Of a stretch of DNA of 64,000 nucleotides, positions 41,208-49,015 are shown piece after piece. A program made the position numbers and the translations under genes. This DNA is from Planctomycetota bacterium (GTDB lineage Bacteria; Planctomycetota; UBA1135; GCA-002686595), in contig JANNQS010000120.1 in NCBI GenBank assembly GCA_031400875.1, forward strand, positions 8,569-72,568, given 5' to 3'. The first letter of the stretch is position 1; every line of letters starts with the position of its first letter. The notes under the pieces were generated by a model. The model saw nothing but the letters and a program-made list of their open reading frames with translations, ran no database searches and had not been told where the DNA came from.

Positions 41208-42455
41208 TCATTCGTGGCCGCCGTGCTCCTCGAGAAGCGCGAGGACGGACCTGCTCACCCAGTCTCGATCGTGAAAACGCCGGCCCCAGGCCACGGGCGT
41301 GACGTCCCGGTACTCGTGCAGCGTCTCGTCCGCGACGAACCGCAGCTGCTTGCGCAGCGAGGCGCGCACGTTCGGATCCGCGCCGTGGTCCAGCAGCAGC
41401 CGCGCGAAGGCGTCGTCGCCGCGCAGGCCGACGCGGAAGGGCTGCGACACCACGCAGCCGAAGATCGCCGTGTGCCCGCCGAAGCCATCGGCGTCGACCG
41501 CGGCGCGCGCGTTCACGTCGGCGCCGCGCTCGATCAGCCAGCGCGCGATCTCGATCTCGTCGCCGTCGACGCACAGGTGCAGCAGCGTCGTGCCCGCCAG
41601 AGGCGTGCCGTGCAGCGCCAGGGATTCGTCCGCATGGCAATTGAGCTCGGGCGGGTAAATCTCCCCGTGCGCGAACGTCCGCGCGAGGAGACCGGGATCA
41701 CGCCGCAGATGATCCTCGAGCAGATCGATGCGGCCGCGGTGCACGGCCATGACCGGCGTGTCCGGCAGCGCGATGCCGTGCGCGGCGAAGAGCTCGAGGC
41801 AGCGGTGCTTGCCCGGCGGATTGCGGCTGTAGGTCTCGAGCACCATCGCCACCGGCGCGAGCCGGTCGCCGTGCTCGTCGCTGATCTCCGCCCCCATTTC
41901 GAGCAGGAGCTCCAGGCCCGAGCCGCTCTGCGTCTCGCACGGCCCCATCACCGCATTGCGATCGGGCCGCGCGCCCATCGCGTGCAGGCGCCGCGCGGTC
42001 TCGAGCCGACCCTGCAGGCAGGCCCGCTCGAACGCGTGCTGCACATCCACCGCTCCGCGCTCGCGCAGCATGTCGATGATCCGGTCGCGGCCCAGGTTCG
42101 CGGCGTAGGACATCGGTGGGCCCCAGTTGCCGACGACGCCGCGCGCGTCCTCGTGCACGAGCTCGGGGTGCGCCGACACGAGCTCGCGCACGACGTCGAG
42201 GTCGTCGCACCAGATCGCGTCGGTCAGTCGACAGGCGATGACGAGGCGCGGCCAGCTCGACAGACCGTAGCTGCGGGCCAGCGCGAGCTGCGCATCGGCC
42301 AGCTTCGCGACCGAGGGCTCGGGGCTCTTCGGATGGTGCTTCTGCAACTCCGCGACCGAGGCGGGATCGCCGCGACGGATCCCGCGCAGCAGATCCTTCG
42401 CCTGGTTCCGGAGCTGCTCGAGGTTCGGACGGACGGGGAAATGACGGTCGGCCAC
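41208..42455 (-). CDS. Ankyrin repeat protein
   Basis: The GTG start is preceded by AGGAGG. Repeated ...G.TPLH.A...G....V..LL..GADVNA-like units occur (e.g. GTTLLHLCVDGDEIEIARWLIERGADVNA). Confidence 0.85.
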   Translation of the reverse strand: MADRHFPVRPNLEQLRNQAKDLLRGIRRGDPASVAELQKHHPKSPEPSVAKLADAQLALARSYGLSSWPRLVIACRLTDAIWCDDLDVVRELVSAHPELVHEDARGVVGNWGPPMSYAANLGRDRIIDMLRERGAVDVQHAFERACLQGRLETARRLHAMGARPDRNAVMGPCETQSGSGLELLLEMGAEISDEHGDRLAPVAMVLETYSRNPPGKHRCLELFAAHGIALPDTPVMAVHRGRIDLLEDHLRRDPGLLARTFAHGEIYPPELNCHADESLALHGTPLAGTTLLHLCVDGDEIEIARWLIERGADVNARAAVDADGFGGHTAIFGCVVSQPFRVGLRGDDAFARLLLDHGADPNVRASLRKQLRFVADETLHEYRDVTPVAWGRRFHDRDWVSRSVLALLEEHGGHE

Positions 42456-42609
42456 GACGGACCTCCTGCGTGTTCGGCCCGCTGTCCGCTGCGCCGGGCG
42501 AGGAGGTTCGTGGGAACCGTACGTCGGAACGTCGGGCAGGTGGACTCGGTCCTCTCCGCGGACGGGTGGCGTCCTGCACGCCGCGGTTCAGCGTACCGTG
42601 ACCCGCGGA

Positions 42610-45519
42610 TCAGCGCAGCTCGAGCCGAACGGTGTTCGCCGCACCGCGCCGGACTTCGACGGTCTGCTCGGGAGCCGAGGTTGCTCCCGGCGCGGCGCCG
42701 TCCGCTTCCACCCGAAGGCGCCACGTTCCCGGCTGCAATCCCCGGAAGCGCGCCGAGCCGTGGGCATCGGTCGTCGCCTCTTGGCTGGTTCCGGCTCCGG
42801 CGGGCACGGCGAGCACTCTGCGGGCCGATCCAGCTCGGCCGTCGGCGTAGGCGACGAGGACGTCCAGGGTGGCGCCCGCGACGAGCTTCAGGACCACGCC
42901 CGACCGGCTCTGGCCTGCAACGAGCCGCACGACCTCGGACTGCGCGGGCTGATGCTCCGCGCTCTCCGCGCGGACGATCACGTCGACGTCGCTCTGCACG
43001 CCGTGCAGCACGAAGGTGCCATCGGCGCCGCTGAAGACGCGCGCGTCGCCGGGAGTCTCGGCCAGGACGTCGCCACCCACGCCGACGCGCTCGGCTCGGA
43101 CGCGCAGGCCAGCGAGGGGCCGGCCATCCTCGTCGACCAGCCGTCCTTCGATCGCCCTGATCGGCAGGTCGACGTCGAACGTGCCCTGTGCTGCGGTGAC
43201 AGGCACTTCGCATTCGAAGGCCATCGCTCGCGCGGGATGAACGATGCTCGCGTCGTACGAGCCCAGCTCGAGGCTGTAGAACGTGTACTCCCCCCGGCCG
43301 TTCGTGCGTGCGACGCGCGGTTCATGGTCCGCTTCGCGCAGAGCGAGGTGGAGCGTGGCGCCCGACAGCGGCTGGCCGCCCTGGGTGACGCGGCCTGCCA
43401 ATCGCCCGCGCGCAACCGTCAGCGCCAGAACGTGCTCGGTGCCTTCGTTCACGTCGATCTCGCCCGCATGGCTGGTGGATTCTGCGAGAAACGTGTGCTT
43501 CCCCGCCTCCAAGTGGCGGAACGTGAACTGGCCGCGCTCATCGGTTCTGCATTCGCCTTGCGTTCGGAACGTCCCGGGTGCGACGACGTGCCGGATCGAC
43601 ACGCCCTGCACTGGATCACCGAGCAGCGTGCGGACATCCACGACGACCGTGCCTCCCGGGCGCAACCTCACCGTTTCTTCGTAGTCCGCGGCCTCGGGCA
43701 GCATGATCGTCCCGCTCCTGGATGGAGCGAACTCGGCGTGACGAACGCTCAGCGTCGCCGGCCATCCGCGCCAGCCCCGCAAGCGCGCCCTGCCTTCGGC
43801 GTTCGTGCGTGCGACCTCCTCGTGCCAATCACGCGGCCGCGCGGAAAAGTCGCTGACCCTTAAGCCGCTGGTCGCGGCCGCGACCAGCGAGACGTCGGCG
43901 TCGGACACCGGTGCGCCGCTCGCGTCGTCCACCACGCGCACGTCGAGCATCGGCGCGCGCTCCAGACGCAAGGTACCCAGATCGAGATCCTGACCTCGGA
44001 TCGGCTGCAGACCGCCAAGATGCAAGCTCTCGAATCCGTGGGCCTCGATCACGAGTTCGACCGGAAGGCTTCCAGGGCCTTCGTGACCGGTGCCCAGAAG
44101 GAGTCGAACGCCTCCGCCCTCGCGGTGGAGCGGCGCGATCGGGCGCCCGCCCAGGCTCACCTCGAGCTCCGTCACGGGTTCGGATGTCGCGGCATCGACA
44201 GCCCGGAACACGATCGTGGTCGGCGGCTCGTACACGAGCTCGACGCCGCTTGCGCCCGCGCGCACGTCGGCCCACGTCGTGCGCGCGCTGCCCAGGAGAT
44301 CGTGCTCGCCGTCGCGTCCCGACACCCGGTACATCGCGTCACGCGTCAACCCGCGTACGGCGAAGCTGCCGTCCTCCGCGCAGCGCGCGCTGCGCGGCAC
44401 GACGAGCAGCGCCGTCTCGTCGATGAGCGCGCCGGCGTAGACCGGGTCGGTGCCGCCCTGGCGCTGCGGAACGGCCCGCACCCACAGGTCGCGCAGCACC
44501 TCGGGCGGAGCGCGCACGACGCGGCCGCGGATCTCGGCGCCGTCCGCGAGCACGAACTCCAGGCCGTCCACGACCTGCCCGGGCCGCGACGTCTCGCCGC
44601 GCTCGATCTTGTCGGGGTGCCCGTCGGCCCGGATCAGCAGCATCCAGCGGCCGCTGCCGAGCTCGTCGATACGGAACGCGCCGGCCTCGTCCGTGGTCGC
44701 GACCACGTCCCCCATCGAAGCGCCCAGGATCACGGCCGATCGGGCCTCGGGATCGAGCCGGCGCACGAGCGCGCCCGCGACCGGGCGACGCGCCGTGTCG
44801 AGCACGCGACCGCCCAGCACGACGCTGTCCTCGAGCGCGACGTCGCCCAGCTCGTGCAGCGCGTCGAGGTTCGAGATCGAACGGTCGTGCGGCGCGAAAC
44901 CGCGCGCTCGCACGGCCAGCTTCAGGCTGCCGGCGGAAACGAGCGCGATGCGGAAGCGACCCTCCGCGTCCGACTTCGCGTCGGAACGGCGCGCCCACGC
45001 GAGCTGCGTGGGATCCAGATTCTCGACGGGCACCCCTCCCGATCGGTCGGCCGAGGCGACGTAGACGGTCGCGTTCGCGACGGGGTCGCCGCGCGGGTCG
45101 ACGACGCGTCCGGCGAACGAGCGCTCGAGCGCGTTGGACGAGTCCGCGCCCGCCGGTTCCGGATCGACTCGTGCGGGCGAGGCTGCTTCGCGCGGGAGAC
45201 CGGGGTCCATGTCGCTCATGCCGGACGCCGCGTCCGCACGCGTCGCCTCGACCGGAGGCGAGACCACGCCTTGCGCGTCGTCGTCGTAGAGCAGCAGGCA
45301 CGCCACGACGACCACCGCAGCCAGCGCGCCGATGGCGAGCAGAGGCTTCAGGGAACGCACGGTCCGGCCTTCGGGGAGGCGGGTCCAGCGGGCAGGCGAC
45401 GTGCCCCTGCGCGGCCGCCGGCCGCGGGACGCGCCGGCTCGAAAGCGGCCCCAATCCCGCCGGTCTCGGATAGGCTGGGCTCGACGGAGCTCTCCCTCTC
45501 GAGGGTCCCGTTCTCGCAT
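42610..45519 (-). CDS. Signal-anchored large surface protein with about 9 carboxypeptidase-regulatory-like (Ig-like beta-sandwich) repeats
   Basis: An Arg-rich N-terminal tail is followed by the TM segment LKPLLAIGALAAVVVVACLLLY. Repeats of the type GRVVDPRGDPVANATVYV...DAEGRFRI...G.Y.L follow. ATG 45519 was chosen. The rest of ORF 42610..47076 is antisense to the 45559..47097 gene. Confidence 0.75.
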   Translation of the reverse strand: MRERDPREGELRRAQPIRDRRDWGRFRAGASRGRRPRRGTSPARWTRLPEGRTVRSLKPLLAIGALAAVVVVACLLLYDDDAQGVVSPPVEATRADAASGMSDMDPGLPREAASPARVDPEPAGADSSNALERSFAGRVVDPRGDPVANATVYVASADRSGGVPVENLDPTQLAWARRSDAKSDAEGRFRIALVSAGSLKLAVRARGFAPHDRSISNLDALHELGDVALEDSVVLGGRVLDTARRPVAGALVRRLDPEARSAVILGASMGDVVATTDEAGAFRIDELGSGRWMLLIRADGHPDKIERGETSRPGQVVDGLEFVLADGAEIRGRVVRAPPEVLRDLWVRAVPQRQGGTDPVYAGALIDETALLVVPRSARCAEDGSFAVRGLTRDAMYRVSGRDGEHDLLGSARTTWADVRAGASGVELVYEPPTTIVFRAVDAATSEPVTELEVSLGGRPIAPLHREGGGVRLLLGTGHEGPGSLPVELVIEAHGFESLHLGGLQPIRGQDLDLGTLRLERAPMLDVRVVDDASGAPVSDADVSLVAAATSGLRVSDFSARPRDWHEEVARTNAEGRARLRGWRGWPATLSVRHAEFAPSRSGTIMLPEAADYEETVRLRPGGTVVVDVRTLLGDPVQGVSIRHVVAPGTFRTQGECRTDERGQFTFRHLEAGKHTFLAESTSHAGEIDVNEGTEHVLALTVARGRLAGRVTQGGQPLSGATLHLALREADHEPRVARTNGRGEYTFYSLELGSYDASIVHPARAMAFECEVPVTAAQGTFDVDLPIRAIEGRLVDEDGRPLAGLRVRAERVGVGGDVLAETPGDARVFSGADGTFVLHGVQSDVDVIVRAESAEHQPAQSEVVRLVAGQSRSGVVLKLVAGATLDVLVAYADGRAGSARRVLAVPAGAGTSQEATTDAHGSARFRGLQPGTWRLRVEADGAAPGATSAPEQTVEVRRGAANTVRLELR

Positions 45520-45558
45520 TCCCCCTGCATGTGATCCCGAGAGCGGATCCCGATTTCC

Positions 45559-47097
45559 ATGGACGCATCGATCACTCGATTGGATCAGCCCCTCCTCGTC
45601 CAGACTACCAGGAACGGCCGGAACGACAGGCGAGCACGCCGCGCGTTCTCCCGCGTGCTGCCCGTGCTCGCGCTCGTCGTCGCCGCGTCGTGCAGCGACT
45701 CCGGTGGCGGCGGTGGTGACGGTGGCGCAGCCGCGGCGGCCGCCGCCGACCTGGCCGCGGTCCGCACGTGGAACCGCATCGCGCTGGACGCGACCGGGCT
45801 CGACCACATGCCGTCGAACCAGGGTCCGCCGCACGTCTTCGGACAGCAGGTCGGCCCGTGCCGCGCCGCGCGCGCCGAGGCCATCGTGCACATCGCGATC
45901 TTCGAGGTCGTGAACGCGATCAAGGGCGGTCACGAGAGCTACGTCGGGATGGGTCCCGCGCCGGCCGGCACGTCGCTGCGCGCGGGCGTCGCACAAGCGG
46001 CGCACGACACGCTCACGGCGCTGTACCCGTCGCAGTCGGCGATCTTCGACGCGGCGCTGACCGACGAGCTGGACCAGGTTCCGGCCGGCACCGCCAAGAC
46101 TCAGGGCATCGCGCTGGGCCAGAACGCCGCGACGGCGATCCTGTTCCTGCGCGCGAACGACGGCTCGGCGCACCCCGAGCCGCTGGTCGGCGTCGACTAC
46201 TTCCCGGGCACCGCACCGGGCGAGTGGCGGCCGGACCCCGTCGCGCAACAGGCTGTCGCGCTGGGCGCCAACTGGTCCCAGGTGCTGCCGTTCGTGATGA
46301 CGTCGGCCGAGCAGTTCCGCATCCCGCCCCCGCCGGCGATCGACAGCCCCGAGTACGCGGTCGCGTTCAACGAGGTGCAGACGCTGGGTGGCGACGGCAC
46401 CGTCACGCCGACGACGCGCACGGCCGACGAGACGCACGCCGGGATCTACTGGGCCTACGACGGCGTGCCGAGCTTGTGCGCACCGCCGCGCCTCTACAAC
46501 CAGATCGCGGTGCAGATCGCCACGGAGCGCGGCACGAACGCGGCCGGGTTGGCGCGGCTGCTCGCGATCCTGAACGTAGCGATGGCCGACGCGGGCCTCG
46601 GCAGCTGGGAATCGAAGTACTTCTACAAGTACTGGCGTCCGGTCTGCGGGATCCGCGAGGCCGACGTCGGCACGGGGCCCAGCGGTCTGGGTGACAACAA
46701 CCCGGCAACCACCGGCGACGCGAACTACCTGCCGCTGTGCGCGCCCGCGAGCAACCTGACCGGGACGAACTTCACGCCGCCCTTCCCGGCCTATCCATCC
46801 GGGCACGCGACGTTCGGCGGCGCGATCTTCCAGGTCCTGCGGCGCTTCTACGGCACGAACAACATCGCGTTCACGTTCGTTTCGGACGAGTACAACGGCA
46901 TCACGACAGACAACACCGGCGCCGTGCGCCCGCTGCTGCCGCGCTCGTTCTCGAACCTGTCGGAACCGGAAGAGGAGAACGGCCAGAGCCGCATCTACCT
47001 CGGCATCCACTGGAGCTTCGACAAGACTCAGGGCATCCAGATGGGCAACATCATCGGCAATTACGTGTACGACCACGCGTTCCAGCCGGTGCCCTGA
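45559..47097 (+). CDS. PAP2-superfamily / vanadium-dependent haloperoxidase-like lipoprotein
   Basis: Lipobox LVVAASC. Motifs KYWRPVCGIR (KxxxxxxRP), PSGHATFGGA (PSGH) and SRIYLGIHWSFD (SRxxxxxHxxxD) are the acid phosphatase/haloperoxidase signature. Confidence 0.85.
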   Translation: MDASITRLDQPLLVQTTRNGRNDRRARRAFSRVLPVLALVVAASCSDSGGGGGDGGAAAAAAADLAAVRTWNRIALDATGLDHMPSNQGPPHVFGQQVGPCRAARAEAIVHIAIFEVVNAIKGGHESYVGMGPAPAGTSLRAGVAQAAHDTLTALYPSQSAIFDAALTDELDQVPAGTAKTQGIALGQNAATAILFLRANDGSAHPEPLVGVDYFPGTAPGEWRPDPVAQQAVALGANWSQVLPFVMTSAEQFRIPPPPAIDSPEYAVAFNEVQTLGGDGTVTPTTRTADETHAGIYWAYDGVPSLCAPPRLYNQIAVQIATERGTNAAGLARLLAILNVAMADAGLGSWESKYFYKYWRPVCGIREADVGTGPSGLGDNNPATTGDANYLPLCAPASNLTGTNFTPPFPAYPSGHATFGGAIFQVLRRFYGTNNIAFTFVSDEYNGITTDNTGAVRPLLPRSFSNLSEPEEENGQSRIYLGIHWSFDKTQGIQMGNIIGNYVYDHAFQPVP

Positions 47098-47106
47098 GGT
47101 ACGAAC

Positions 47107-47132
47107 GGCGCCACGCCCCGGGGCGCGGCGCC
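47107..47132. terminator. GC-rich hairpin between convergent genes (possible bidirectional terminator)
   Basis: ggcgccacgcccc / ggggcgcggcgcc with one mismatch. No clear U-tract. Confidence 0.35.
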
Positions 47133-47166
47133 TGTCACATCAGCTCGCGGACGTTCTACCCCGCGA

Positions 47167-48855
47167 TTACGGCATCCAGTTGATCGACAGCGAGTTCGTC
47201 AGGTTGAACGTCGCTGCCGTGCAGAACGCGGCGGCGTTGCGGTACCAGACCTGGTACGTGCGGATCGCCGGAACCGTGATGTTCCCCTGGACCGAGATCG
47301 GCGGGTCGGATCCCGCCGGGTACTGGGACGAATTGCAGATGTTGCTCGTCGTGCCGAGCCGGATCGTCGCTCCGGCCACACAGCGCTTGCCGTCGCCGAA
47401 GAGCACGTTGTTGAACCCGGCACCCTGGAAGTACAGGCACGACGAGTTCGGCATGCCTAGGCCTTGCAGGACCACGGTGTCGTTCGCGAGCGACGCCGTG
47501 CCGAAGCCGACGAGCATCGCGCCGCGCGGCTCGACTGAGTTCGGGCAGCCGCGACCGGGCCCGCCCGCGGGGACGCCCGGGAAGCACGGGCAGGGACTGC
47601 CCGGATCGTCGCCGTAGCAGGCCGTGGCACCGACCGTGCTGATGCACGTGGGCTCGAGGTTCATGCGCACGAAGACGCCGTCGACACCGATCACCTTCGT
47701 CACGGGACCGCCGTTGGCCGAGTTCGACGTCAGATAGCCGAACTCGAGAGGTCCCCCGCTGCTCGAGAAGTCCGGTCGCAGCGGCGGGCCCGAGCTGAAC
47801 AGGTTCGTGAAGTCCTCGGAGGTGAGCTCCTGCTGGTAGCTGATCCACGACGGGATGAACACGTTGATCGTCGGACTGCCGAACCAGTCCGAGCCTTGGC
47901 GCACCACGAGCTGCAACCCGACCGCGCCGCCCACAGTCGGGAAAGTCAAGTGGTTGGCGGAGGCCAGGAACGTGACGGAGTAGACCGGCTCCGGGGCCGG
48001 ATCGTGCACCATCACCGTGGCGAGGTGGCTGACGACGATCGCGCCGTTGCTCCACGTGTGCGTCGTCTCCCGGTACGGACCGTTGTTGGTGCCGCCGGCG
48101 GGCTGCGTGACAGTCGACGTCGTGGCCGAGGCGCCCGGCGTCGTGTCGATCAGCTTCTGCGAGGTCCAGCTGCCCGGCAGGAAGTCGTCGTCGTACCAGG
48201 CCACGCGCGAGAGGTGGAGCGTCATCGTCCAGTTGTCGATGCCGCTGACCTTCGTCACCGGCCCGCCCGTCGCCGAGTTCCCCGTGATGAAGCCGAACTG
48301 GGTCCAGGGTCGCGTGCACGAGAAGTCGGGACGCGACGGCCCGCTGCCCGCGAAGAGCGTGAAGTCGGCGGCGGTCAGGCCTGTCTGGACGTACGAGGCC
48401 CACAGCGGATCGAACACGTTGATCGACGGTCCGCCGTAGTACGCCCCGTTCTGGACGATGCACAGGCGGTAGGAGACGGCTCCGCCCACCGTTGCCCCGG
48501 TCTGGTGGATCAGGTCGGCCGCGAAGTCGATCGAGCAGAACGGGACGTTGTTGTTCGAGTAGTAGTGCTGCGTATCGACGTGCGCGACCAGGATCGTCCC
48601 GTCGGCGTACGTGTGGCTCGTCTCGCGCCAGTCGCCCGAGGGCCCGCCGAACGACTGCGTCGTGCTCGTGAACGTCGCGCTCGCGCCCGGCGTCGTGTCG
48701 ACGATCTTCTGGCTCACCAGCCCGGGGCCGAATGTGCCATCGAGCATCACTTGCGTGTCGCTCGCGCGCGCGCTTCCCGTGAGCGCGATTGCAGCTGCGA
48801 GAGCAGGAACGAGGGCGGCGGGACGCAGACGACGGACACGGTCAAGGATCGACAT
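47167..48855 (-). CDS. Secreted protein: tandem duplication of an unrecognised ~170-aa domain + conserved Cys-rich C-terminal module (CTD copy 1)
   Basis: ATG 48855 follows GAGGAA. Signal peptide ...ALAAAIALTGSARA. Internal repeats carry SQK(I/L)(V/I)DTTPGASAT...RET.HT...TVGGAV...INVF.P.W.SY...DFT...SGP.RPDFS...NSA.GGPVTKV. The C-terminus reads ...FGDGKRC...YQVWYRN...FNLTN...WMP*. Confidence 0.8.
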   Translation of the reverse strand: MSILDRVRRLRPAALVPALAAAIALTGSARASDTQVMLDGTFGPGLVSQKIVDTTPGASATFTSTTQSFGGPSGDWRETSHTYADGTILVAHVDTQHYYSNNNVPFCSIDFAADLIHQTGATVGGAVSYRLCIVQNGAYYGGPSINVFDPLWASYVQTGLTAADFTLFAGSGPSRPDFSCTRPWTQFGFITGNSATGGPVTKVSGIDNWTMTLHLSRVAWYDDDFLPGSWTSQKLIDTTPGASATTSTVTQPAGGTNNGPYRETTHTWSNGAIVVSHLATVMVHDPAPEPVYSVTFLASANHLTFPTVGGAVGLQLVVRQGSDWFGSPTINVFIPSWISYQQELTSEDFTNLFSSGPPLRPDFSSSGGPLEFGYLTSNSANGGPVTKVIGVDGVFVRMNLEPTCISTVGATACYGDDPGSPCPCFPGVPAGGPGRGCPNSVEPRGAMLVGFGTASLANDTVVLQGLGMPNSSCLYFQGAGFNNVLFGDGKRCVAGATIRLGTTSNICNSSQYPAGSDPPISVQGNITVPAIRTYQVWYRNAAAFCTAATFNLTNSLSINWMP

Positions 48856-49015
48856 GGGGGTTCCTCGAGGATGCGGAGCGGCTCTCCCGGGATGTGCAGC
48901 GGCGGACCGCTCGTGGTAACGCGAACTCGAGGATTCTCGCATGGAACGGCTCGGTGGCGCGATTCCGTGTGCCGGCACCGGCTCGCCCCTCATCCGGCCG
49001 GCCAGTCGCGCTCGA

